A stretch of DNA of 52,245 nucleotides, counting the filler, from Catajapyx aquilonaris (taxonomy: Eukaryota), in NCBI GenBank assembly GCA_000934665.2. It is 2 parts of 2 records of this genome, joined end to end, with 100 filler letters (N's around TTAATTAATTAA, not from the genome) between each part and the next. Parts side by side here need not be neighbours in the genome. Positions count along the whole stretch, not along the records: positions 26,690 to 52,245 come from JYFJ02005346.1; 1 more part is not named here. One strand, written 5' to 3'. A program made the position numbers and the translations under genes. Shown here one piece after another: positions 40,419 to 52,245 of the stretch. The first letter of the stretch is position 1; the number at the start of each line of letters is the position of its first letter. The notes beneath the pieces are model-generated. The model did not search any database. It saw nothing but the letters and a program-made list of their open reading frames with translations, and was not told the origin of the DNA.

Positions 40419-43400
40419 ATGGCAGCTTCCATGGAGGGCCAGGTCAAGACCAAGACCAAAGATAAATGGAAAAAGGTAATTTCAATGGTGGGTTTAGACC
40501 AATTTGGATGGTTGGGAGACTGGGTGCGGGTCAAGGGCAGGGCATGATGTGGGGGAAGGGTCTTCCAGTTTGTCAGAGTGAGATGACAATATTGGTGCTA
40601 TATTGTTGTAAGGCAAGGGCGTGAGAGGTGTCAATGGTGGGTTAGGATGGTGGCAATGTGGGCAGGAGTGTGTACATAAGACTGCGTAACGTGTGATTGA
40701 AACCTGCGCTCAGGCCTGGTGGCAGCCTGTTGCAATGTGTTATGGCAAGGAGGACCGCCTTTATGCTAGGGAGGTTTGGCTGCATGGTGCACTAAAGGCC
40801 CATACACACAGGCCGCCAACAGTTTTGGTGTTTGGTCGCGTTGACGCCGCGGACAACAAGCGCAACACAAGTGTTGAGCTTGTTTACATGAGTCATGATT
40901 GGTCCGCGGCGTCAACGCGACCAAAGACCAAAACCGTCGACGGCCTGTGTGTATGTGCCTTAAGGCTGAGATGTGCTCAAGACTGGATTGCAGGGAGTTG
41001 AAGCTGTGCCTACATTATCATGACCAGTCCTTGACTGCATCCGGCCCCCTAATGTAACTATTGTGACAGATGTATTTTATTGGGCGAGACTTATCTCACT
41101 TTAGGGTATGCAAAAACAAAATGACAGTTCTCCTGTCATTGCAGTCACTGCATGTAATGATTTTTTCCCCACCAGGCTTATCTTGTGTGCTCCGTATGAT
41201 GTAGCAACGTGGGTTTTAAAACGTCAGATACTGTGCACCAGATTTGTTTTTCGATCGCATTAGGAAAGGCTGTAAATAGTAATAAGATAAACTTATCAGA
41301 AATTCATGCAAGATTCACCAATATTTATGCTATAAGTAGGCTACTCTTAAGATTCGTTAAAAAATAATTTTTGTTTAATTGGCTGGCCATCTGATAAGCT
41401 CTTGGAGCAGCAGCACTGTGCGAAAAATTATGGATAGTGTCGATATGGTTGTTTATTAGAGGAGATAACTTTTTTCATCAACGATGCAACAATTTTGCAC
41501 ATTGCAAGGATGTAGGAACAGTTTATTGGAGTGCAGATACTCCAAGGGCAAAAACCTGTATATGAAATGGCAGGTGGTGCCTAAAGAAACGAGACAGACA
41601 GGATCCATTCCAGAATAGTTTTTTTTTTCCCCCTGACCACTACAATTTTTAGGGGTAGCTGTTTATAATAATGTATGATGCAAAAGTGAAATTGAATTTT
41701 GTGTCATCTCTTAGGCTAGGCCTATTGCTAAAAATATGCATTTGAAATTCCCAATTGTGCAATTTTTTGCATATTAATATCACCAGAGGAAGTGCTAGAA
41801 ACATTAGGTTATTTTTATTTTTTAAGCAATGTTGGTCGACACTCAATTTTTAGAGTTGTGTATTCCCTCCCCCAATGTCTGTGAGCACTTGACCAGTCTC
41901 CTGAATTTCTGTATAGGTCACGTGAGGTAACAAGCAGCTCTCCCTCATTATTTGCTGGCACCCCATTTTTTGGGGAAACGGTGTGATGGATGATGATGAT
42001 ATTGTTCACTATAAACAAATATCTCATTAAATGAATGATTTTTCAACACTGGGTACGCATGTTTAATGGGATAGTACAATGAGATGATTTTACACACATT
42101 AATATCATTACTTCCAGCTGTAATGAACAAGTGACATCTTGAAAAATCAGTCACAATCTACAACTGCTTGACAAATTAAAATCAAAATTATCTGATGTTC
42201 TTCTGTCTCAATTTTCAAAGGGGAAAAGTTTCAAATGGATAATTTTGATTGCAGATTTTTGCAATACTTGAGCAGATAGGAGTCAACTGTGTTTCACTTT
42301 TTCACCTCACATTATTATGAACAACCTCTTTTAAAAATTGTAGTAGTCAGAAGGAAAAAAAGACCCTGGAAGGTATCCTTCGAGCATTCAGCAGACACAA
42401 CACCGTGATCAAGGGCTGATTAAGGTTGAATAATTAAATTTAACAAATTTCATGGATGTTATTATTTTATAACAATATATTAGTAATCAATGAATAACCT
42501 CCTTGAAATCTGTATCTGTGCTGGTGTAACCTCCGAAAGTCACATAATGATTTTATAATCACTTTTATTATAAAATAATGTTTAGTGTACCACTCTTTAT
42601 TGCACCAACCCAAATATGTGATTTGACTTATTGGAATATTTCACTCACAAGATTTAGGGTTGAAATTGTTCAATTCCTGCAGGCAACATTTGCCAATAGG
42701 TTTTCGAATTGTAATATACGAAGCAGCTTCTAATTACTTCAATTGATATTTGCCACAATGCCATCTGGCACCCACTAGTTCAGATGGCCAGCCCTATTAG
42801 TTTATGTAACCCATTCCATTTCATTTTTTTTTTCTATTTCAGTTTGACATTCACTTCAGTAAGCTGCTATTCACTTCCATGCCCCATTTATTCCATATGT
42901 GCTCCATTTGTCTCAGTTCGCAAATTTTATTCTGAATTGATTAGTGATCATACCTCACCTTCTGTATTTCTATTTGCCATTCATTGCCCATTCACTTCCA
43001 ATTCATCTCGTTTATCTTAATTCCAGTTCCATTTCATTCACATATGATCAGTTCCATTTACATCCATCTGTTAATGAATTGAGATTCATACCCTTCCATT
43101 AATTTAATTCAATATAATTAATTCACTAATTGATTCCATTCCAAATTCGATCACTACTAAAGAACAACAAAATTACTGTATAATAATTATTAGGGTTTGA
43201 TTTACATAATTATGCTGACAATTCCTTTCAGCGTAATTCAAAAGACCTATTGAGTTCAACTGTTCCGGAGGCTCCAACCATACAAGATTTTGTCAAAGTG
43301 GACGAACTGGTTGAAGAACTGGACCGAGAGTGTGGTGTAGAAGAAGATGCAAGCTTGAGTGTGAAGGCGACGTCAACGGTGGCAATTGCGGAACCTTGTG

Positions 43401-46400
43401 CAGAGACTCGAGAGAATGTCACAAGTGGGAGGTCAGTGCAGGAGGCTGAGACTGAGAGGTTCAAAGAGGAAGGGAGTATTGGGGCAGATGTAACAGACTC
43501 TCCGGCTACAACGGAAATTGCTGGTACTCTGGATAGCCATGATACTACTGACAACTCACCCACCCATACCAAATCAGTTGTGGATCAACCGAGGGAAATG
43601 GGGGGGTCTCAGTTAGCACAAAACTGTGATTATATTGAACTGACTTCCATTGAAAAAAGGGCTCTTTTCGTAAAGAGAGGGAGGGTGGAATCAAGTGCAA
43701 CTTTGGAAGCTGTTGAAGAAACAGCATATTGTCCAGTTACTCCCACAGCACCACAAGTTCATGAATCCACGGATACATTGAGAATCAATGCTGTCTCACC
43801 AAAGCAAGGCATCACCAGCAGGGAAGGATCACAGGCTGAAGTCAAAGTTGAGTCACTTTATCCAGCATTACCTTTGCAGGAAGCCGAACAAAAAGTCCAT
43901 GCACCAATTTTAGAAACTATGCCAGACTTTTTAAACATCTCTAGGCGTGCCAAAGAAGCTGTGAAACCATTTACTATAGGGCAGTTGAAGGCATTTTATA
44001 GCAACTGTGAGTTGCAAGTTAACGAAGAGTTTGTGGAGGAATTTTTGGAGAGACATCAGGGTTTGGAACGACATGAATTGTATGAACTACTTATGAATTA
44101 TCTGCGTGCTCGTAACAACCTCATTGGTATTGAAAAGGATATGGCAACATTACAAGAGGAACATCGAGAGCATCAGAAAGTGGTGTGGACTTTCGAAACC
44201 CACAGTGTATCAGACGATGGGGAGTGCCAGGATGGTAACCCAGTTACAGCAAGTCGACAGTATCAGGTTGCCAGGTACAATTCATCAGCTGCTAGTCTCA
44301 TGGTCCGAACTGCCAAGGCAATAAAAGAACTTGTGTCAGATCCATTTGCGTTGAACCTGTACTTGTCAGAACTTCGCCGACTACAGATTGAAAATTACTT
44401 GTTTCTAGTGCAGTCAGATTGCCTTCAGAGGGAATGTATGGATGGGCTGAAGGTATGCATATCCATACTGTTTGCCTTTCAGAGGCGCTCAGTGTGTGAT
44501 ACTCAATTTGTCCAGGATACCAGAGAGTGGTTGACTCGTTTGGTTGGCATTTTACTGCAGACCGCATTGTTGAAAGACCATCTTTTTATCTTGAACCACA
44601 TTATTCGTTGCCCTGCAGGAGTTGGTACCTGGGCTACTGCTTTTGTTCAGGTTTCACCTCCAGAAACTGTTGAGACAGACGATGGAGAAGCTGCATTGGG
44701 AGGAGTAGAAGTTGATCATCTTATGGCAGTCCTGGGAACACTTCTACGCCCAATCCGAGAGCGAGAAAATTTCCTGCGCCACCTCCAGGCTGCATTTCGC
44801 AGTTGCAGTGGAACATCACCAGAAGACAACATTTGGGTGCTAATTGATTCAGAAGGAGAGGAGGATCAAGATTCATCCCAGATGTGGTCACAACTGCGAG
44901 AAAATGATTTGGTGTCTTTATTCAATCAAATTCCCCTAGGTGCTCTTTTCCAGCACCTACTGTCAATTCGCGTAAGTGATGGGAAATACAAGCTCTTAGC
45001 TAGTGTGGACTCACCCACGTACATGCTCAAACTGTTGGCTGTGGCTACACAGCTAATCTTTCTTCTGGAAGCTGGGATGCAGACATACTCGTCCATACGA
45101 TACCGACAATTTACCAAGAACTTGAGCCGCATTGTTGGACACACAGTGCAGTATGTGTCGGAACACTGGGAAAATGTGCGAGGGAATTCAGACAAGATTG
45201 ACATGGCTATGAGGCGAAGGCTTCAGGCAGAGTATGACAGTTTCTTCTTCCGAGCCATGAAGTGCATGTTCTGCTCCCGCAAAGCAGGTGCCTGGCAGTT
45301 CCTTGCCTCAGTACCTTATGGAGAAGTGTCAACTCCTGTCCTGTGGCGTGTATTATGCCTATTTCACCAGGACTGTGAGGAAGATGGGAAGCTCAAGAAT
45401 GAAATATCTCAGGATGCAGGTATGAAAAGTGCGACTTTGATATTATATCTTCAGGCCATATTTTAATGAGGTTTTTACTTGTTTCTTTTAGGAGAATGTG
45501 CTCTTCACCTGACAAGTACTGAGTTCCGCCTGGACTTTGAGAGCCGTCTTGTGAAACTGAGCAAGGGTGAATGCTTTTCATTGCTCTTGACCTTCAGCAA
45601 CATGGCCCGCACACGTACTGAGCAAGATGGGGATTTTATTCGCACCATCACTTTAGGACTTTTCCATGTTAGTAATGTTTCCTGTGAGTGTCTGGTTTAC
45701 AGAAGATATTGTAATTAATTTTATGTCACGTACAGGTTGGATTTTTGAATTCTGCAACTCAAGACACATGCTCAAAAGATGCAAGAGATTTGCTGTCGGG
45801 CATGGTTAGTAAGCATCCCAAGCTTCTGTCAGTCTTGCTCTGGGCAGTAAAGACTCATGTTGCCGATATGCAAAAGGTTAGTGTTCTCCACTATACGGAA
45901 GCTGCTGGAATGGTGAAATACATCTTGTGTGCATTGCAGATGTCCCTCTACTTATTCAAGGGACTACCAACACACACATGGATTCCTTCCGATCAGGATG
46001 TGAAGTGTCTGATATCCTGGCTTATTGATTGTGAGCCTAATTCTACTGAGAACCAGCTGGCTCGCCTAGTTTTATCAGATGCTTGTTGGGATGTTGGTGA
46101 TGGCTTGTCAGACAGCAATCAGCCTTCTGTTGATTGTCCTGTAATACCTATAGAGTTACATCATAAAATAGCCATTGCAACAGTCCAGGCATATATTAAA
46201 CATGTACCAGATCGTCAACCAGGAGGTTTAATCAATGAGAGTGTGAAGCAAGTTTCCAATTTGGCTGCTGCTGTCTGCCCCCAGTCAGCAGAGCAGATAT
46301 TTGGCAACTGGGCCTGGGAAATGATTTCAAGACTTAAATTGCATGTGTTCAGCCAAGGTCCTCGTATGGCGCAGATGGTTTTTACAGACCCTCAGCAGGT

Positions 46401-49400
46401 GCAGTGAGATGTTTGTTTATTTTGTTACTGAAGCTCTAATGTTAGGTTGCTCTCTACTTCGCAGGCCTTCTTGAATGTACCAAATCCAGACTACAATGCT
46501 AACGTAGAAGTGCTGCGACATGGAGTTACATCACAGCAGCCAATAGCCTGCTTTGCCTCTTTGCTTCTCACCACCTGGGGTCACTTAGTGCCCTTAGTCT
46601 GTAGTAAAGGCTGCCAAATGATGGAGGTGTTACTTTTGTATGGCAGATGGGAAGCTGTGATTGAGGTTTTCTACTACATAGCACCACTCTATTTGAATTG
46701 CCCAGAGTCTTTCAAGTTGGACAGGTAATGTACAGCTGAGATAGTTTTATGACTAAACTGCATGTTCAGTATGTATCATGCATGTATGTATGTGTATCAG
46801 TGGTTCCAAATCATGGGTTATGTATTAGTGATAAAGTTCTCAGTACCAGCACATTTCATTTTTTAAAATGAATAGTTTGTAAGGCCAGCTGTTTTTCCTG
46901 TTTGAATTTCTTTTCTTTGGGGACTACATGCATGCAGTTATATTTTGACAGTGCATGTGACTGTAAAGGCCTGTGTAGACTAGCGACACAAACTCAGCTT
47001 CGTTTCGTTTCATAAGCTCTTCGTTTCATGGCTGTGTTCACATTAAAGACTCTGTACGCAAGCCAGGATGGGAAGCCCTCAATCCTAAACCCCAACGTCC
47101 TTTCTCCAACCCCAGTCACCCCAACCCTCAACCCACTACCTGCCACCTTCCATCCCCCAGAACCTATTTGGCATGTCTTATTCCCCTATACACTTGCAAT
47201 AGTGACTGACTGGAGTTTTTCATTATTATGAAGATGATGTTCAGTGTTGAAGATATTGTACATGATTGTGTTTTATTTTTGCTTCTAGGTTTCACAGCAT
47301 CCTGTCAGCTGTGGCATCCGCTGATCTCACTTACGTGAAAATGGCCAAAAATCTGATAGCAACCGACTTTCCTGGACCGATACTGAAAAAAATGGGCAGC
47401 ATGATTATTGCCCAGATGTCTAACTATGCCCAGTAAGTACATGTCATTTATTTGTTGTAACAAAAGCGTCATCTTAACATTTAAAATATTTAGTTATGGA
47501 CTTCCCAATCCCTCCAACCTGATGAACTTGTGGCTAACAGCACTCACCTCCCTCAACAACTGGTCAAGGGACCGAAGTGTTCTGTACCTAGTGGATCTTT
47601 TACTTAAGGCAGCCTTTCTTGATCCAACTTGCATTGATGTGGGACGAGAAGTGTTGCAGCTGCGTTACAAGGTGAGTTGTTTGCATCAAATTTACTTTTA
47701 CGAGAATTCAAGTGACATATTTTTGTTTCTTTGTATGCGACAAGGAAAATATGGTAGATTGTGTGCTGGAGGTTTGTTCATTAGAGTTTTTACTGCTAAA
47801 AAGTTTAGGTATAGGAACATACAAAGTCATGTATTTTCTTGTGTTGACAGAACACATCACCTTCACGGCAAGGCAGCGGAGTTTTCAGTTCACTCATGTC
47901 GTGGGTAGGTGGAGGAGGTGGACCTGGACTACCAACATCATTGCTGCAAAAAGCCTCTAATCCTGAGTGCCCTTGGTTTGCCTATTTTGCCCTGGAAGCA
48001 GAAGGGCAATTAGAAGAGATGACTGGATTGTGGAACCGCCTTTTGGAAGAGTTGGCTTCGGCAGACAAAATATCTGTGGATCAAGCTCTTAAGGTTGTAT
48101 TAGTGTTGTCCCCTGAAGTAACTTAATTCTACTCAGCTGCATTTCTTTTTATCAGAAAGCATCATCCTTTCTGAATCTGCCCAATGTGCCGTCCAGCAGT
48201 TTGGGTATCTATCGTTGGTCACAGCAAGCACTTGATACGCCTTTGGATCATCCACTTTTACCTCTCTTCTGGCACAAGTTTTTCTCCTTGTACTTGGCAC
48301 GTGTTCCCATCAGGCCCAAGTGAGTTCTGTGTCCAAGTGATTTGTCTGTTATTTTTGTGTAAAGCAAGAACTGAACTGAACTTTTATGATGTACAGCTCT
48401 CTCGAAAGGGGAGGAGTAGGAGAAAGATTTTTTCTTGGGATGGTCAACTATGGCTTTCTCAAGAAGCTGAAGCGAAGGCTGCAAGATGCAGTGGATTATT
48501 TCCAGGCGAAAGCTGCTGAACATTCCGAAAGGATGGAGGAATACGATGTACAGGATGCAGAACGGGAGCAAGACTGGTTCCAGGAGTGTGCCAGGTGCAA
48601 TAAAGTTTTACTATATGAGCTTTGCATACGTTCGAGGGGGTTCAGGAAATTAAATTGGATTTATTAAACATAACTACAATACAGCATCACATATCTCCTT
48701 TCTTCAGGCTGTACACTACACTGAATCTGTGGTTAGAAGAACCACAGCTACACCAACCAACAGTGTACCTTCCAGCTCTTCCCCCTCAGTATGCTCCAGG
48801 GCGATTACTCAAGATCTTTGAAGGAGACAAGGTATGAAGAATAGTCCTCATATGTGGAGTTGCAATTGGTGTCTTTGCTTTTTTTCCACTAGTCTCCATG
48901 GCTGGAATTTTTTGAAAGTGGAAGGGCGAAGCAGGAATTAAAGACCAAGGGAACAGAATGGCTTTCTCAGCATCATAAGTGCAGAACTAGAAAGATTTCT
49001 GCTGACCATCAAGAGAATGAAACTCCCACCCAGCGCACATTTAGAAGACTGAAATCATATGATGTTCCTCTCCCGCCTCCAAAGGGAGAGCTCTTAAAAG
49101 CTCCAGTACCTGATGTGGATCCAGAAATATTGTATGATGAACCAGCTGCTCATCGTAAAATGAACAGAGCATTTCGTGATCTCTTTGAATATACTGAGTA
49201 AGTCACTCCATTGCATTTGTTGATAATTATGTCTAACTGTTCCATACTTTTTAGGTTATTTTCATTACGCGTGAGTCAGCACACAGCACTAGATTGTGCT
49301 TACTCAGAGTTGCTGCCTGATTTGTATAGGCAGGTGGAGACAGAAGTGTTAATTCATGCATCATGTGACTCAAGGTCACGTTCTAGAAGGTCCACTTCCC

Positions 49401-51449
49401 ATGGATGCGCTGGGGCAGTTCCCATAGTGCTGAAGGTGACACACAGTTATGAAGTGAACATTGAATGTGTTAACAACAAACCTTCTGTTATAGTTTTGTG
49501 AAGCTCGATTGAGTGAAGGCATTACTCACCAAATGCAACAAAATCGCTCCGAGTATGAAGTTCTGCTGAGGACTAGCTTGCAGCCTCCACCTCGTACAGT
49601 TTGTAGCACTGCTGTGTTAATTGAGAACATTGTGACGTGAGTTGCATTGTCTTTGGGTTTGAGTGTGGCAGAGAGATAGGAACACTTACTATTTTGCATC
49701 ATATGTAGGTTCTTAATTAAGGAACATCAACACTTAGTAAGCACAAATGATGCTGGCCTGGAAAAGGTGGCACAAACAGGAACTAGTCTGTTCTATTTCA
49801 TAACAGGCCTAGTGAATGAAGAAAGCAATTTCTATCCACCTATGAAGCAGCTACTGGCTATGCTTGTGGAAGTGCTGGGCCAGGTAACAATAACAATATC
49901 CTGGCATATACAGTATGAGTGCATTCTGATGTGACGACTTTTCAGGAATTCATTCGGGAGAAGAGCTGGCAATGCCAGCGGCTTATCACTGCAGTGATTG
50001 AGCAGCCACATCTCCTAGGTCTCTTGGCACCGCATTTTACTCCTGCAGCTGCCAAAACGGATGTATTTCTGACTATGTATGAACAAGTGTCTCACATTCC
50101 ACGGAAGGATGCAGACACTGCATTTGTTCTATTGACAAAGGTGTGTAAGCTTACCACATTGAGCCAAGTTCAGAGGTCAGGCGTTCTTCAATATAAAAAA
50201 TAGTGCATCCAGTCGCCATTTTCGGACTCTAGCCGATTCTCAAGATGCACACTGGCTCGTGATGAGGTTTAACTTGTCAGACCCATTGGGATAAGTAGAA
50301 AAAAATGAAGGTGAAGTGCGGCATTTCCATTTTGATAGTGAAATCTTTATGGTTATTGCCGGAAAAGAATTGGTTGTAGTACAGTGGTGGAAATTAGTGG
50401 AGACGCACAAGTATCGCCATGTGATGGAGTTTGTCCTTTACATGAAGCAGTTTCATGTAAAGGAGATTAATTTTGCAGGTAATAAATGCCGGTGATAACT
50501 CATCTGTTTATCGCCCCTGAAGTCGGAACCAGCATGCATATTTTACCAGGGGTGTCTGAATGTGGCATGTGCCAGGAAGTAGCTCTTGTGAATTGGGACC
50601 TTATTAATTCAGTATCCTCCAGATGACCCAGACCGAAAAGGTTAAATGAGAATCTACCATACTTAGTGAGGTTAATTTGCAGTCTACCCATCCCCTGCTC
50701 CCTCTCACAGGGGTAGCAAATTGAACTCACACCTTTCTTATGGTGCTGGTGCGGGAAGGTCTGGCACAACGTATGATTGCCCATCTGATGGTCATTTTAA
50801 AACTGAGATATACATGCTTTATGGAATTGCTCCATGTACAGAATTGCCTCACTTCACCTTATTCTACTTTGAAGCAAGCTAATAATCACACTCTTGTGGG
50901 ACAGAGTAAAGTGAACCATACGAAAGGCAGAGTGTCTGCTCTGAATATGTTGCATGTATAGTCGTGAGCATAAAGATGTGGACAGTAGACTAGGCAAAGC
51001 GCTGTGGTCGACCTTCCATATCTTTATGCTTGTGACTGTACATAAAACTGGATGCGTCATATGATTGGCATTGCATATGGAAATAATGCCCAATGACAAG
51101 GTTACCAATTTGTAATTCTTTGCCTTAACATGTGACATGTTGACACTAGGTTGCGTTGAAGTCAGAATGTAAATAACAAGTAATTAAATGTGGACGGTTT
51201 TGTCCCTTCCACCAGGCATGAAAATTTTGAAGTCTTGGAAGAGTCACGGTTAGGTTCTGTTTGAAATAGTCATTTCTCAGATTTGCATTTCACATTTTAT
51301 GTTTTGTTTTGTTTCAGTTTGATGTGAACAACTGGCTCCTCAAATTCAGACCACATCTCACTGAATGCTCAGAGCTTATTGCCATGATCAGCCAAGCTCT
51401 GAACAACTCTGGTTTAATTCCAGAAGAAGACTCCCTCATGCTTCATGAG
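40419..51449 (+). CDS. EPG5: Ectopic P granules protein 5 (autophagosome-lysosome tethering factor), 5' part (~1821 codons); the gene continues beyond the window
   Basis: Exons 40419-40475, 43232-45419, 45492-45667, 45736-45876, 45940-46398, 46465-46724, 47289-47432, 47494-47671, 47851-48093, 48156-48319, 48397-48594, 48708-48831, 48893-49197, 49255-49435, 49494-49636, 49709-49883, 49946-50140, 51318-51449. All are GT-AG with consistent phases. Motifs [97 protein letters not shown]. Confidence 0.93.
40796..40960. mobile_element. PIF/Harbinger-type palindromic MITE in EPG5 intron 1
   Basis: Ends AGGCCCATACACACAGGCCG / CGGCCTGTGTGTATGTGCCT, ~65-bp inverted arms, 3-bp TSD TAA. Confidence 0.85.
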
Positions 51450-52245
51450 GTGAGAACACTCTGGTTTCTTGGCACGAGCTCTGTGACTGTAGTTAAAAGG
51501 GGATGCAGTGGTGGATGTTGTCATTTACTGTACATGCACATCACCTATCTATATCACAAAACATTGTTCCAGGGCATGTTATTTGACTTCAGTGAAGATT
51601 ATCTTGATGAGTCATGTGATATAGAATGGGCTGAGGGTCAGCAATTACTAATTCTTCTGCTTTTAGGAACTTTTGAAAGGACCTCATGCATTAAGCATAC
51701 TAAAAGGATCCCAAAATTGATTTCTTCGTGCTTTGGATATGTTGTTGGGGGTGGCGAGTAGGCCCCGTGTGCAAAAGGAGCGGCCTCGATTGGCTGCGGT
51801 TAGGCTTGTAGGCCGGTCACGTGACCTAGCCTTTAAAAAATCACCACGCCCAAACGACTTTGATTTAAGAAATGATTTTTGGCATGGAGGTATATCTAGC
51901 CTAGTACTATCTAACGCTATGATAGAATTCCATCTAGCTCGTCTCTGATTGGCCGAAATAGACGAGTGAAAAAGAAGTGGCCTTTTTACCAATTTGAAGC
52001 TGGCCGCCCAACCTGACGTATACCTTATTTGACAGCTCCAAAGAAGTTTTACACCATATTAAAAAAATCAGACACTTCTATCCATGGACTGCTCTATTTT
52101 ATTTGGTAACAACCAAACACCACCCTTATAATTCACACAAATGTACTACTACCCACCTTTTATACTATTTTGAGGCATTCTTGGAGTTCATGAATCTAAA
52201 AATTACATGACGAAGGTCTTCGGCGAATATTATGCGATTCACGAG

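Noticed and set aside
42780..43150. Degenerate CATTC/TTCCA-rich tract in EPG5 intron 1
   Set aside because: Low-complexity decayed simple repeat with no definable unit or termini.
45877..45939. ORF 45745-46407 read as a single exon
   Set aside because: It contains a 63-nt in-frame, stop-free GT-AG intron with typical size and signals. Treated as an intron; retention is unsupported.

Overview
Eukaryotic genomic DNA from an invertebrate, probably an arthropod (the taxon is inferred, not proven). It has short GT-AG introns and two assembly gaps. Four spliced protein-coding genes can be reconstructed with consistent exon phases. PPIP5K/VIP1 (inositol pyrophosphate kinase/phosphatase) lies on the minus strand at ~4.4-10.4 kb, with both ends uncertain. 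Two tandem alkylglycerol monooxygenase (AGMO) paralogues lie on the minus strand at 27.1-31.5 kb: one is complete, the other has no recognisable C-terminal exons. The 5' ~1820 codons of EPG5 run on the plus strand from 40.4 kb and continue past the window end. Non-coding DNA is dense with small non-autonomous elements: a tRNA-derived SINE with a V-SINE-like core (often nested), two other SINE families, MITEs resembling hAT, Harbinger, Tc1/mariner, Ginger and Sola, long fold-back elements, a Helitron-like element and a mariner remnant. The most notable observations are a tRNA-Lys(CTT) gene split by a hAT MITE with a TCGA-rich internal array, a 54-bp palindrome upstream of EPG5, intron and active-site divergence between the AGMO paralogues, and a possible kinase-only PPIP5K terminal exon. 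No clearly new multi-gene system could be established from sequence alone. Most short ORFs in the track are spurious.
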